64,000 nt of DNA from the human T2T-CHM13v2.0 reference genome, Homo sapiens, in assembly GCF_009914755.1 (NCBI RefSeq), contig NC_060945.1. One strand, 5' to 3'. The notes under the pieces were generated by a model. That model was not told the DNA's origin. It saw nothing but the letters and a program-made list of their open reading frames with translations, and ran no database searches. Shown here piece by piece: positions 1-15,880 of the stretch (position 1 is its first letter; the number at the start of each line of letters is the position of its first letter). The position numbers and the translations under genes were made by a program.

Positions 1-1014
1 AAATTCAAAGCCATAATTGAAATAGACTCACATGCGGGTAGTCAGAAAAGACATTGAGCAAAATGTTATTAAATCACATTTTATAATAAATACAGCTGCA
101 GCAGGAACAAAATTTGAGATGGAAGCCACTCATCCCATCCTGATGACTTAGATCTTTTGCTGATGTCTGGAGACTTTGCAAGAAGAAACTGTCAAGGGTC
201 TGTTTGTAAGAACAACCAAAGACCAGCAAGGAGAGGAATTTGCTGTGAGAAAACACAGCTCTAAGGAACACAAAACTGGTTCTATAATCAGTTGTTGTCA
301 AAGGAGAGAATTTTTGAGTAGCCTGGTGAATAGCAGTGAGTCTGCCCTACAGATCCAAACTCCCTGAGCAATCCTGTGCCTAAGGGAAGAAAAGGAAGCA
401 ACAGAAAAACTCCAGGATCAGAAAAATCTCTATGAGATCTTGAGAGTGAAGACTAGCCCTGCACACTCAGGAATAGAATATGACATTTGTAGTGTGTAAC
501 CTAAGTAGAATGGAAGATGGTTTTTCTCAGTGGAAGAGGTAGCTGTTAGAAAAATTGGAAATTCAGAAAACAAGAAGTAAGAGAAGCCTAAACACATTGG
601 AAGTGGCATCAAGAGAGGTCCTGAGAGCCCTGAGCAGGAAGTCACAACTCTCTTCATCACCAGGATAGCAAAGGGGGAGCCCACATTCCATGAAGTCTAT
701 GTTCCAAGGTAGAAGGGGGAAGTAGTAGATGCCCCGTGATAGGCAGGAGAGCTGCATTGGGTGCACACATAAAATGAGAACTTCCCCCAAAAAATTAGAG
801 GAATTTGAGGGGGAGTCGAGTTTTTAGAATTCAGCAGGTGAGGGATGAACCAAACTCTGTTTAAACATTATTATATGGTTTAGATTTTCCTACAAACTGT
901 GAATACACAATTAATTATTATTTTAGCTTTGTGAACAGAACTATGCTAGCACTGTGGCTATGACAGGGAGTGAAATATGGTTTTTGCTTTAAAAGACTTA
1001 CAGATTTTGGGAGA

Positions 1015-1130
1015 AATGTAAGCTCCATGAGGGCAGGTGCTTTATCTATTTTGTTCATTTGTGTACCCTAGGACACAGAGAAGTACCTGGATGGAAGAGA
1101 TGGAAGAGACAGTTATCAAATATTTACTGA
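1015..1130 (+). mobile_element. L2 LINE 3' end fragment
   Basis: tgtaagctccatgagggcagg...tttgttc...aaatatttactgaa resembles the L2 3' terminus. Confidence 0.7.
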
Positions 1131-1176
1131 AATAATTTTTAAGTGATCTAAGTTAAAGAAGAATTTTAAAGAGTGA

Positions 1177-1511
<335 letters not shown>

Positions 1512-1514
1512 TAA

Positions 1515-2035
1515 TGTATACCCAAGAAGACTGAAAACATATGTCCACAAAAAGATATTGTACACGAATGTTCAGAGCAGCTTCATTTATAATAGCCCCA
1601 AAGTAGAAATAACCCAAATGGATACAGGTGAAGAATGGATAAATAAAATGTGATATATCTATACAATGGGATATTATTCAGACATCAAAAGCAATGAAGT
1701 GCTGATTCATGCTACAACATGGGTGAACCTTGGAAACATTATGTTTAGTGAAGAGGCCAGTCACAAAAGTCCACATATTATATAATTCCATTTATATAAA
1801 ATGTCAAGAATAGGCAACTCCACAGAGACAGAAACATAAGTTGTCAGAAGGTAGGAGAAGGGCCTTGGAAAAGGGAGGGACAGCTGATGGGTGTGAAATT
1901 TCTTTTTGGGGTAATTGAAATATTCTAAAATTGATCATGATAACAATTGTGCAACTTTGTGAATATACTAAAAACCTTTGAAGTGCACATTTTAAATGAA
2001 TGAATTGTGTGGTATGTGAAATATTAAATAAAGCA
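1515..2035 (+). mobile_element. L1MB-type LINE-1 3' end (L1MB7/8-like)
   Basis: atacccaagaagactgaaaacatatgtccacaa...gctacaacatgggtgaaccttggaaacattatg...gtgaatatactaaaa...aataaa resembles the L1MB ORF2 end and 3'UTR. Confidence 0.85.
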
Positions 2036-3304
2036 AAAGAGAGAGAAATAAAAATTAAAGCAAAAGAGAGAAAGTGATATCTTCAGGATACTGTGGAAAC
2101 ACATAGAATATACTACTAGAAGCCAATGCAAAAGTAAGTTATTCCTACTTTAACCTTAATTTATCCTCCTACCTAGAGAATGTTGAAATGCTGCTCTTAC
2201 AGAGATTTGCTACAGATGCTAAGTGAAAGAAAAATCTCATTCAAAATGAGATTGTTTTCTCAAATCTTCCTCCTTCACATTGGGGGTCATATGGCTTCTG
2301 TCTGCAGACTCTGTCCTACCCCAGGAATTAGACCAATCTTGACCTTGATCAGGGGATATTTATTGAACTCTAGTTCAATATTGCATGGACTTAGTATGGT
2401 TTCTACCCTCCTGTTAGTTTGGTCTTGATCTAAGCATTTGAATATAAGTCCTATTCCTGCATCTAAATCTCCAAGCTGTCCTTGCAGATCTGGATCTGTG
2501 CCTTTTTCTCTCATGCCTAAGCACTTAGCCTAAGACTTAGTGTGTTCAGACTGAAGCTTTGCCTGGCTTTTCAGGGCTTTTTCCAGGGATGAGGATTTTG
2601 TCCTTGATTGTGATTGGGTCTTGGTCAGACTTCTCAGATGCTAAACTCCATCCAGCACTCCCCTGTGCCATGCCTGTAACATGATTGGCCTTTGGCGATG
2701 CCGTATACTTAGCTGAATGCTACTGCTGCCTGTCCCCACCCTCCTCCCTGCCTATCTGTGTCTGTGAAGATACAGCATTCCAGGGGTCTGGTTGGACTTC
2801 CTCCTGCCACCGTTGTGCTGCTTTCTTCCTCCCAACTTCCTCACTCCCACATCACAGAGGTTCCAGATCATCCCAGTGACACCAATCCTGGTACAACTAA
2901 CATTTTTTTATATCTAGATGGTTTTCATAAAAATAAAAATAATTTTGGTTTTGATAAAATGTATGCTTTTTCATTCAATTTATCCTGTTTAGAGATTCAG
3001 CAGATGTGTATTTATTAACTCAACATTGAATGCTTACTATATGAGGAGTATTGTCACAAACGTGGGAATACACACAGCTGAAATAAAATGATGATGAGGA
3101 TGATGACAACTAATATAGGTGAATATTCAGGAAGTGCCCTCCCTAGACCAAATGAGGTAGATTATTTCATTTATTTTTCACAACAACCCTATATTTTACA
3201 TTGTAACATGATCTGCGTTTTAAAGATGATAAAACAGACACAGGGAGCAGCATGCCCAGGATTCAAATGTAAGATGACCTGATTCTTTATACTAAGCTGT
3301 TTAT

Positions 3305-4100
<796 letters not shown>

Positions 4101-5974
4101 GATACTAAGCTCTTAATCGGCATGTTATACTCTCCAGAGAACTTAGGTTCTAATGACATTCAAAAATAGTGTGCTTAGTTATCACGAAGCAAACTTAGAG
4201 TAAGATAATATTCAGTCTTAAAAAGTCTGTTGAAAGGACTATGAATAGGTTTCCTACTCTCATTCCTACGATGACTCATCCAGGGTCAAGAACTAGAGTT
4301 TCACAAGACAGGGACAGAGACCAGAGGTCAAGTCCAAGGATGTTGTAAAGGCAGGGAGGAGCAGGTGAGTCCTACATGTCCAAACAGGCCCACAGGTGCA
4401 CAGTCCAGGGAGTTTAATTTCAAAAATATGGGTGAGGACTTACAGGAGAAATCACAAGCCAGTCTGAGCTACAATATTTATGCATCTAGGCAGAGTCCCT
4501 GAGCAACAAATGTGGGGTATCAAGGTTAATAATGAGCATGATGGTGAGCCAGAGCTCTGCAATGTGATATGAGCCCTCAGAATTCCTTCCCAAATCCTGT
4601 GATGACACTAAGACAAGTCACATTTAAAGGGAGCAGACTACCTGATTGCAGTGGGGAAGTGAAGGGAGCAAGTATTTCTACCAAGATGTGTATCTGCTAC
4701 CATTTAATAATATAGCCTCCAATGAAGAATAACCTATATCTAAAATCAGTGAATTAGATTCCTCTAAATGCCCCCTTTGACTTAACCACAAACAGAAGAA
4801 AAAAACATCAAAAGAACTAGAAGAATCAGTCAAATGAGCTAAGGCAACCTTGGGAACATCACAGAATAGTCAAGGGCAGAAATAGACGAATAGCTCCTTT
4901 TGCAGCTGTGAGGATAGCTGCTGACTGCTGAGCAGGATAAGAGGGACACCAGTGTGGGGAGAAAGCACTTGAGCCTGACTGAAGCTTAGGTTAGGGTCAC
5001 CAGTCAGTTAGTCTGCCCATAAAAGTCCATTCACTATTCATGCCATGAATTAAACTTTGTGGGATCTCTAAAATAGTGGATTTAAAAAAATTGTTTCTCA
5101 AGCTCAATTTTTCACCTAAACAAGTATTCCCTCCCTGACTTCAGTTCTGGGAGGTAAATAAACCTCCAAGATAGTAGCATGGAATTTGCATAGTGATAAT
5201 GATCAGTAAGTCAGGTGGGATATGTGTAGTTGTGCATTTATTCCTAACTACATAGCTGTATGTTAATACAGACTGCAAGAATGAATGGTAAAAAGAGGCC
5301 CTCTATTTCTTCTTCTTTGGTTGTGAGGCCACTGATGATAAAAGGACATATTTAGATAACTTGCTTTTAAGCAGTAAACGTTTATTCAGCAAACTATAAA
5401 TCAGGATTCTTGAGTTCTATTACCTCTTCCGTTTCACCTATTCTCATGATTAGAATTTTGCAAATGATGCACCTTCTCCCTGCCTCAACTTCTTTTCCAA
5501 CTAAAGACTCCCACAAAACATGCCATCTACCAAATTCTCAGGAGGAAAGAGAAGAGCGATTGCAGCCATAACCTCCTAACTTATTCAGCACAACCTCCGC
5601 CAGCAACCTCATTCTCCCTCTGGCATTCAGAGGACTCTGATGTACCCCTTGCCCTCAAAAATGCTATCAACATAATGAAAGTTGAGATGAAAAGTAACCA
5701 TTTAGTGAGCTTTCTCTTGCATATGTTTTAAAATCTTCTGGGAGTCAGAAGAATCTGCAGAACCTTGAGTCTGTGCTGGGATTCACTGTGGCTGTACCAT
5801 ATGGGGAAACCTGAGAAAATCTATGAGAACTATTTATTAGGGAGAAATGGGATGATGCCATTCCTCAACATTTAAGATCAAGAACCTCAAACTGAGATAG
5901 GCTTTCTGCCTCTAATTTCCCATAACTCTCTGTTTATACCATTCTCTTCCCACTATTGTCTCATATTTTCTGGT

Positions 5975-6085
5975 TCGGCTCTTTCCCCTACTAGACTATA
6001 AGCTTCTTCTATGTTTTTGTATCCTTAGTGCCTAGAACTGGGACAGGATATAATAAGAACCTAATGGAGTTTTGGTGAATTAATG
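5975..6085 (+). mobile_element. L2 3' fragment
   Basis: ctttcccctactagactataagcttc...tttgtatccttagtgcctagaac. Confidence 0.6.
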
Positions 6086-7321
6086 CTACTTTAAGAAGAA
6101 AGAAAAGGGGTCCTGAATCTAATAGTGTTTGGGAAGTATACACTAGGGATCCTTAGGGAGGCCCAGTGATCTTTACATCAAGGTTTGCTCTCAGCCCTTT
6201 GTGATAAAATCAATTCAGACATGTCTTCAAATCTACTCACAGACAAGAGATGGAATAATAATAAGGGTAGCTGATATTTTTATAGTTCTTTTGTTTATCA
6301 TGTTTATTTTTATGGCAATTTTTTAGAAACAATTTGGCAAAACTAATGATTATCATTTTAAAGTAGGCAAGAAGAAACCTAGTTATAGAGGACAGAAATC
6401 TAGAGTCAAGGATTCCTGACTCCTAATCCAGTGCTCTTTCCACTATAGCCCACTGTGAAATTTTGGAAAGAGTGGAAATAACTGTTTACACTAAAAGAAA
6501 ATGAATTTTGGATCCCGATCAAAATGTGATATTGTGGGTCTCTGCAAACCACCTTAGTTGAGAGGTAGTCATTTTTCATTTAGGGGCCAGCACTTCTGTA
6601 GCTAAAAAAAGTCAGTGTATTCATGTGAAATGAAGAATGGGAAGTTCCCTGAAAAGGTTTGAAGGCTTAATTCAATTGATGTTGGCACAATAAACTCTAG
6701 GACTCATCCAAATCCATTATGAAGGGCTTCTCATGCCAGCAGATTTGCAAAAGTAGATGTGGAATTGCAACAAGTTCTTTCTGCTGTGTGTTTTAAGGTA
6801 GAGTGACACGAATCTCCTATTTTCACATGAGAGCTAAAGAGTATGTTTCTTTAATACTCATCTTCCTGTGTGAGTGATATTCTAAGGAAAAACAAAATTA
6901 AAATCTCTGACTCTTGGCTTACCCTTTCAGTGTATATAGCACTGAAAGGCTTTCTGATTCTCCACATTACGATGGGATGCACACATGTGGTTTTGGTAAT
7001 GTGGAATAGAGACTGGAGGATTCCATCATCCCATATCCCCATGGTCTTTGACCAGGAATTACAGATATCAGGGAAAAAATGGAATTACTTGGTGCTACTT
7101 TCTAAAGCCAATCTTTTAGAATTAGGTGGACTTTTTAAGCTAAATATTTTGGTCCTTTTTTTCTGCTACACTTATGATAATATAGCTTAGTTCTGACTTT
7201 TTCATTACTTTTCCTCATTAACTTTCTACAAGACCTAATAGTGCAAGAAAGGGCTGAATTCACTGTTCACAGTCTTGTTTTTAGACATTCCAAAAATAAA
7301 AAGAAATACGGAATAATTTTC

Positions 7322-8935
7322 TGTTAGGTTGATGAGAGCTACAAGTAACAGAAAACCCTAAAAATTGACAAATGGGATCTCATTAAAGTAAGATCTTCTG
7401 CACCAGACACACACACACACACATGCAAACTATAATCGGAGTGAACAGACAACCTACAGAATGGGAGAAAAAATTTGCAATCTATCCATCTGACAAAGGT
7501 CTAATATCCAGAATTTACAAGGAACTTATAACACATTCCAAAATAACCCAAGCAACCTCATTAAAAAGTTGGCAAAGGACATGAACAGACACTTCTCAAA
7601 AGAAGACATTTATGTGGCCAACAAACACATTAAAAAAAGCTCAACATTGCTGATCATTAGAGAACTGCAAATCAAAACCACAATGAGATACCATCTCATG
7701 CCAGTCAGAATGGTGATTATTAAAAATTCAAGAAACAACAGATACTGGCGAGGCTGTGGAGAAATAGGAACAATTTTACACTGTTGCTGGGAATGTAAAT
7801 TAGTTCAACCATTGCGGGAGACAGTGTGGGGATACATTGAAGACCTGGAACTAGAAATACCATTTGACCCAGCAATCCCATTACTGAGTTATACCCAAAG
7901 GAATATAAATCATTCTACTGTAAAGATACATGCACGTCTGTGTTCACTGCAGCACCACTCACAATAGCAAAGACATGGAATCAACCCAAATGCCCATAGT
8001 GATAGACTGGATAAAGAAAGTGTGGTACATATACACCATGAAATACTATGCAGCCATAAAAAGGAATGAGATCATATTTTTTGCAGGAACATTGATGGAG
8101 CTGGAAGCCATTATCCTCAGCAAACTAATACAGGAACAGAAAACCAGCACCACATGTTCTCACTTATAAGTGGGAGCTGAACAATGAGAGCACATGAACA
8201 TGCAAGGGGAACAACACACACTGTGGCCTGTTGGAGGGGGAGGGCAAGAGAGAGCATCAGGATAAATGGCCAGATGGCTAATGCATGTGGGGCATAATAC
8301 CTAGGTAATGAGTTGATAGGTGCAGCAAACTACCATGGCACACGTTTGCATATGTAATGAACCTGCACATGTATCCTGGAACTTAAATTAAATTAAATTA
8401 AATATTTAAAAAAATGAAAAACAGAAAAGTTTGATTCAACTTGCTTAAACAATAAGAATATTAATTACCCTGGTAACCAGAAATGCAGAGATTCGACAGC
8501 TCTAAGGCATGGTATAGTCAAGACCTAGCTTTGAACCCCTCTGTGCCTTAGATTCTCTTATGACTAGCTTCTGGCAGGCTTCAAAATGTGACATGCAGAT
8601 ACAGCAATGACAGAAGGTCAGAAAAATGGGTCCATTTCTTCCACATACTGCTTTCAGGAAGAAAGAAAAATTTCTTAGAAGATGTCCTTTTATAGCTCAT
8701 TGGCCAGAAGACACGTTTCTCATGGTCATGCTGAAACCAATCATTGGCAAAAGTACTGTGGCCACTGTGTTTGGTTTAGGCCAATTAGGAACCACCCCTG
8801 AGACTGATATTGGAGTCAATTTCCTTCAAATTATGACCACAGAGAAAGGTAGATACATGAGAAAGGAAGAAGTTGATGTGGTAGAAATTGGGGAGATGAA
8901 TTGATGTTGGACAGATGACCAATAGGGTTTGTTAC
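7322..8935 (-). mobile_element. MLT1 (J/K/L-type) MaLR LTR split by L1PA
   Basis: gctacaagtaacagaaaa continues after the L1 as ttgattcaacttgcttaaacaataag...tcattggccagaa...aaaccaatcattggcaa. Confidence 0.55.
7360..8415 (+). mobile_element. 5'-truncated L1PA (about PA8-PA13): ORF2 C-terminus, 3'UTR and A-rich tail
   Basis: ORF track peptides [14 protein letters not shown]..., DWIKKVWYIYTMKYYAAIKRNE are LINE-1 ORF2 C-terminal remnants with frameshifts; TSD aacagaaaa at 7347-7355 and 8420-8428. Confidence 0.95.
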
Positions 8936-9051
8936 AAGGTTTATTCAGAATATTTGACATTTTTTAATATTTATAAATTCCAGCTTTGTCACTGCCTCTG
9001 TCACACTTACTATTGAGTATTTAATATGAGCTGTACTAGGACTTCAGGATT

Positions 9052-9408
9052 GTCTTAACTTGGGCTGCGATGACAAAGTATCATAGACTGGGTAGCTTCT
9101 AACAACCGAAATTTATTTCTCACAGTTCTGGAGGCTGGGAAGTCCAAGATCAAGGTGCCAGTAGATTCAGTGTCCAGTGAGATCCTTTATCTGATTCGCG
9201 AATGGCTCCTTCTTCTTACTGTGTGCTCATCTGGCAGGAGGGACTAAATAGCTGTCTGCATTGTCTTTTGTAAGGGCACTAATCCCAATCATGAGGGCTC
9301 TGTCTCCATGAGCTAAATCACTTCCCAAGGGAACCATCACCTCAGAGGTTAAGATTTGAACACATGAACTCTGGGGGAACACATGGCAAGGATATTCAGA
9401 CTAGAGCA
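9052..9408 (-). mobile_element. MLT1A/MST-type MaLR solo LTR
   Basis: gggctgcgatgacaaagtatcatagactggg...ctcacagttctggaggctgggaagtccaagatcaaggtgcc...gggcactaatcccaatcatgagggc. Confidence 0.85.
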
Positions 9409-9521
9409 TGGATATGAAGATTTTAAAAGGCAATATTTCTGCTCTAGAAGAAAATATAGTCTTTTCCACACTGTTAAGAAAAGGCACAACAAAAGAAAAC
9501 AGTGAGAATGTCTATCACTCC

Positions 9522-9542
9522 AAAAAAAAAAAAAAAAAAAAA
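9522..9542 (+). repeat. Poly(A)21 tract
   Basis: Direct observation. Confidence 0.9.
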
Positions 9543-11629
9543 GCTTTTTAGGACCTGCTGTTCCACTAATTACCAGAAGTAAATTATAGCACTTCCATAT
9601 AAAATAATAAGGAAATAAGAGACTAGAGTTTCACCTATTTTCATAAGCACATCATTTATTATAAATGCAGGTGGATAGAGAGGGGGAGAAGTTAACAATA
9701 AGATTCCACTGGTCCCATATGAGGCCCATGGTATTATAGAACTAAAGAGAGCTGAGTTTTTTAATTGAAAATAAGATAAGTAATTATCTTGGATTCTTGT
9801 TCTAAGAAGGTAGTAATTAGAGTGGATCCCCACTCCAGGGTCCACACTCCTGGCTTACAACCTGATAGAACTCCCCAGCTTGATGTTAACAGAATAAATA
9901 AAACAATATATCCCCAAATCCATGGGGAAGGCAAGAACATGATTGGGGATTTTAAATCCTGTAATTCTTGGATTCAGAGTATGGAAAATACAGGTAATTT
10001 CAGTAAGAGATCCCCACTGTTAGAATCTATAACACCCTATGGTGTCTTTAAAAAGAAGAAAATGCGTCACTAGTGGCTCAATCCCATACTCCTTTAAAAT
10101 TTGTTAAGCTTGACAATTCAAGCTGATGGCAAATAACTCCTTTCTCAAGTAATGTTTTAATCTGAAAGAAATATATTATTTAAAAGGGAAATCCCCATTA
10201 ATGCCAAGATACGGAAACAACTACTTAGAATACACAGCAACATGAAAGAGTAAGATAAAAGGAGAGAAATTGAACATCAAACATGTTCCTCTAAACCAGA
10301 AACAGAAGAAAGTGTTCTTTAGAAGATTAGACAGGTCTTGAATTTTTATTGTTGGCAAAGAACAGTGTTTAAAGGCAAGAGCTCAACCTTTCTACAGGGC
10401 AGTGTAGTTTTTAAATTCGTGGAGCAAGATGGTGACACTGGCTGTATGTACTAGCATAAAGAATTGAAAACAATATGACCTGAATGATACTCAAAAACTG
10501 ATATATTAAAGACTCATGTTGAGAGACAGATCATGAGCAGAGCCAATTTTGATTTTAAGCATAAAAGTGGATATGTTGTTATGAAAGTTTAAGTTTGAGT
10601 ATCACACTTATGAAAGTTAAGCTTTGAATGTCACAAGATATTGGGGTAAAGGAAACTGAAGAGTCATCTAGTTTAACTCAAATTCTTAAGTAGAGAAGAG
10701 GGTATGAGGCTTCACAATGACAAGTGGTCTAGTTTACAGGTAATTCTTGTCCCTATTTGTAGGACTTCCTGGGAGGGTCAGGTTAAGATCCCAAATAACA
10801 AAAAAGGAAGAAATGAAATGAGAAATTGCTTCTGCGAAACACAATTGTATAGCAGCTAAATTTTCTATGGTTTAAATGAGGAATACGTAACACATGCACA
10901 CAAGGCTATAAATTCTTAGCCTTCCTTGCTAACTTTGTGTGAAGAATAGTTATATCTTTTTGTAAAAAATATGCTTTAGCATCAGAACCAGAAAGCCTGT
11001 TGAATCTTAGTAAAAGCACTAATACTATTTCCATTTTTATTTCTCTTCCAATTTTGTATAAAAGGTACATTTTCATTAGGGGAATTGGGTAGCTAATTCT
11101 CTTGGAAAGATTCAGCTGTCACTGAGTAACACAATCTTTCCCCGCCCTCCTCGCCCAGGCTGGCAGGGACTGTGCTTCAGCTAATAACAGTGGCTCTGCT
11201 TTGCTGGGATGCTTCGAGCTGCTGTGACAGCTGACAGGAGAGTAGTAACCGCTAAGGTGTCAAGCCATCCTTTCCCCAATTCCATTTGCTTTGGGAATGT
11301 GCTAAGTTGAAAGTCCATAAGAGCCATTTAAGAACAAGTATTAGTAGATGGTATTATAGGTTTCTGTTCCTCTACACAGTCCATTTAAGGAGGAAAAATA
11401 GTTTTTCTAATACCATCTTAAGTGACTTTACGGTTATCGATACAAAACACCTTGGAAAAATATCCCAGTGCATATGTTATCTTGATATTTAAGCAAGAGA
11501 AGATTTACAAATGTTTAAAATTTCCAAATGTTTTAAACTTTCTACCTAAGGAATAGCAGATAATATTTTTCTTCAGTAAGGGGTCACAAAATATTAATTT
11601 GATACAAGATATAACAAAAAGTCAATTAG

Positions 11630-11986
<357 letters not shown>

Positions 11987-13459
11987 CAACACTTCTTTTC
12001 ATCTTGGATGTGATAATGTGCTCATGAAGGGTTGGGTAAAATCCACAAATCCACAGATTGCAAAGCACTGTGGAATTGAGTTAAGCACTGTGGGAAATCA
12101 AAACCTAATATAATACAATTCCTATTTTCAAGGATCTTCCTGATTGCAAAAACAATTATATGGAAGCTTAACAATTTCTACCTAAATAAAATGACGATTT
12201 TGGTATTTCAGAGAGCCAGCATGGTTTTCTAGACTGAGTGCTCACTTGCCTTGCAATCAAATGCTTCAATTAACATCTACACACTGACACTTACTCACTT
12301 TCCTCATTCATAAGAAGGCTGGACTAGATTATTTTTAAGTTCAAACATTTCGTGATTTACATCTTTAAAATATGTGCTTTTTTATAGTGATTTACAATGC
12401 AGCTAACAGGTTAGATTAGTAAATTATCAAAAACATTACCTAAGATTTGAGTGAATTTAGATTAATAAAAAAGTTTTAGGTTCTAACAATGTTTTAACAA
12501 TGATTTTGAATAAAAACACCTTGACTGTGTGCCTCCTCACTAACTAAATATTTGTGAATGAGCGTATTTTCATTATTTTTAAATAAGACAAACTGAACTT
12601 CTATACAGAGCTGCTATTTACACATGAGGTGTTTGCTTTTTGGTTTATCTTGCTGACTTGGGCCAATCCCCCAAGCGGTTTTAACTGAAGACAAGGTTAT
12701 CTTGCCATCCTTGATTTGGGGCAATCAGCCATCACAAAACAATTCTTGGTAATAAACATTAGAAGGAGAGGCCTGCAAGCAGCTCCAGTATGATAAATAA
12801 GGATATCGTTTTCCAAATAGGAAACAGGAGGAGGTTAATTTAAAATAAACCACTATGAGGTTTCTTACAGAGTTATCATCACCTGCCTTTCAAAATAAGC
12901 ATACTCATTACATGTGAGGGCAATTGTTCATCTGAACATCTTGTTTACTTGTCTGATTGTTCTCCCCAGGTATAATGATTTTCAACAGGTCAATCAGTGG
13001 TTCTAAGCGCTTTTCAAGCCTATTTAACAGGATAATTTGGTCAAAGTGCACATGTTATATAAATTGCCCTCCCTTAACATTCCCCATCATGAAGGCATGC
13101 ACTCAAGAGTTTCATGCAAACCTGTCTTTACATTTGCCTCTTCCACTTTCCTGGAAAGTTGGATAAGTTACTTGAAATTTTTTAGTCTCATTTCCCTGGT
13201 CTAGAGTTTTTCAGGATTGGGGAGGTTGAGTCCTAACACTGGGACAGTCCCAGGCATCTGTTCAGGCTCATTGATGACGGAGAGGGAAGGAGACAGCATC
13301 TCGGCCACTTCATGATAACATAAATAAATCACATAACTGATGAACTATGTGTAACATAATCTTAATCTGGCATTTATTTTCAGATATTAAGGTTAAGTAC
13401 TATATCAATTTTTTAAAAGTAAAAAATTATTTCTACCTGCATAGAAGGCATTACCTGGG

Positions 13460-13753
13460 TTGATTGATTGATTGATTTAGAGACAGGGTTTTACTCTGTA
13501 GCCCCAGCTAAAGTGCAGAGGCACATCACACCCCACTGCAGCCTCTGCCTCCCGGGCTCAAGCAACCCTCCCTCCTCAGTTTCCTGAGTAGGTGAGGCTA
13601 CAGGCACACACCACTACACCCAGCTAATTTTTGTAGTTTTTGTAGAGACTGCCGTGTTTCCCAGGCTGGTCTCAAACTCCTGGGCTCAAGCCATCAGCCT
13701 GCCTTGGCCTCCCAAAGTTCTAAGATTATGGGCATGAGCCACTGCACCTGGCC
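13460..13753 (-). mobile_element. AluJ with (TTGA)n tail
   Basis: cactgcagcctc, gggctcaagc, ctcctgggctcaagc are AluJ-type features. Confidence 0.9.
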
Positions 13754-14370
13754 TGATTGTATTTTATTTTTAAATAAGCCAGTTCATGAATAATTAAATG
13801 AAAACATTATAATAATAAACAGACAAAAAGATTGCTAAATAATAAATCTAGTTTATAACTAATATATCTATCTCACTTCCTTAAATTAGTTTTCAATGCC
13901 CTTAATTTGTATGTGTGTTAACATCTCTCAATTTTCAAAAATTTTTAGTTTTTTGAAAAATAGCATGGCAATTGAAAGACTGATTTTTAAAGTGAACAAA
14001 ACATTGACTCCCAGAAGAAAAATTTTAATGAACAAAACATCGATTTCCAGAAGATGAACAAGTTCACATGTTCATATGTAATCAAAATATGTGACACTAA
14101 TTATAGGTGTATTTACACTTTTCAAACACCAATATTAATTCCTGAATACATATGCTATTAAGCCACTTTTGAACACAGAAAAGATGGCTAATTGATAATG
14201 TATTTTTGTAGCAAAGCAAGTTTTCATGCCAATTTTACATTTTGGGATTCATTAGATAATAACCTCCATTCCTTCTTATTAAACAGAAATAAAAGCATCC
14301 AATATACATGCTTTTCTAGATGTGGAAGGCTACATTTGACAATCAATTATTAAAGTAAAATTAAACCTGG

Positions 14371-14636
14371 CTTTGGGAGGCCAAGGCAGGGGCATCTCTT
14401 GAGCCTAGAAGCTCAAGATCATCCTGGGCAACATAGTGAGGGATCCAGTCCCTAAAAAAATATATAAAAAAGGCGAGGTGTGGTGGCATGTACCTGTAGT
14501 CCCAGCTACTCGGGAGGCTGAGGTGGGAGCGAGGCTTAGGTCCAGGACTTAGAGCCTGCAGTGAGCCATGATGGCACCACTGCACTCTGGCTTGAGCAAT
14601 AGAGTAAGAGTCCATCTGAAAAAACTAAACAAAACA
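14371..14636 (+). mobile_element. 5'-truncated AluJ
   Basis: Starts at ctttgggaggccaaggc; TSD taaacctgg on both sides. Confidence 0.9.
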
Positions 14637-14905
14637 AAATAAACCTGGTGTTGTCTGACAACCTAACTTTTGGAACTAACACCAGTCCATGGGGAGTCCT
14701 GAGTGGTATCAGAAAAATGCCATTTACATCAGATAATAAATATTCAGCCCTCTACCACAAATCCTGCACAGAATAACTCAATAAATATTAGCAGCAATGA
14801 CAATTAACAACTGCTTTCAGTTCAGCAGCTTATGGATCCTTGATATTCTTAGCTTCCTAATCGTTAGTAATTCCATCACCTTTTAATGAATGAGTCAGAA
14901 ATTTA

Positions 14906-15295
<390 letters not shown>

Positions 15296-15738
15296 GCCAA
15301 GAGGGGATTAGAGTGGCCCTAATGGTTAAAATCATGACTAAAAGTTGTTTAAATGACCCTTTCAATGCCATTCCCCTTTTGCACTGTTTAATCAAGAACT
15401 GGTTGCAGTGGCATATTTGAGGTTAAGAAATATTGAGAAAAGGAAAAGGTGTATGTGTGGTTTCTGCTTCACTGGGTTGTCAGGAGAATGGCAATAACAT
15501 AACCATTTAAAATGGAAAAATGGAGCAGTAGGCCCTACTCTGAAGAAGATAGGACATATTTTCAATGTTTCCTGAATGTTACAAGACATAAGAACAGCTA
15601 CCCGGGGGGTTCCTATCTTGAAGACTGGAAAATTATGAGCAAAAGCAACTAGCAAAATAAAAGAATCTGGAATATTTATCCTCTTATGATGGCTAGACTT
15701 CAGACTTCCTGAAATAGCCTTTCTCTTGGCTTCTAAGC

Positions 15739-15880
15739 CACTGCTTCTCAAACTTTAATGTTCATACAAATCACCCAGGGATCAGGTGAAAATGCACATT
15801 CTGATTCTATAAGCCTGGGGTGCAGCCTGGTGTTCTGCATTTTTAACCAGCTGGTCTTCAGACTCTTCTTGAGTACCAGG
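15739..15880. mobile_element. MER5A-type hAT-Charlie DNA transposon
   Basis: cttctcaaactttaatgttcatacaaatcacccagggatc...ctggggtgcagcctgg...ctgcatttttaac. Confidence 0.75.

Noticed and set aside
7569-8169. ORFs with LINE-1 ORF2 similarity (also 20541-22351)
   Set aside because: Frameshifted, 5'-truncated L1 remnants; the RT FADD motif is mutated to FADN; cannot encode an active protein
9522-9542. Orphan poly(A) as the tail of a processed pseudogene
   Set aside because: No poly(A) signal, TSD or recognisable mRNA body upstream
12909-13019. Minus-strand reading LEKRLEPLIDLLKIIIPGENNQTSKQDVQMNNCPHM* as a terminal coding exon
   Set aside because: Protein-like by eye, but the acceptor has a poor pyrimidine tract, I recognise no protein, and no partner exons are evident
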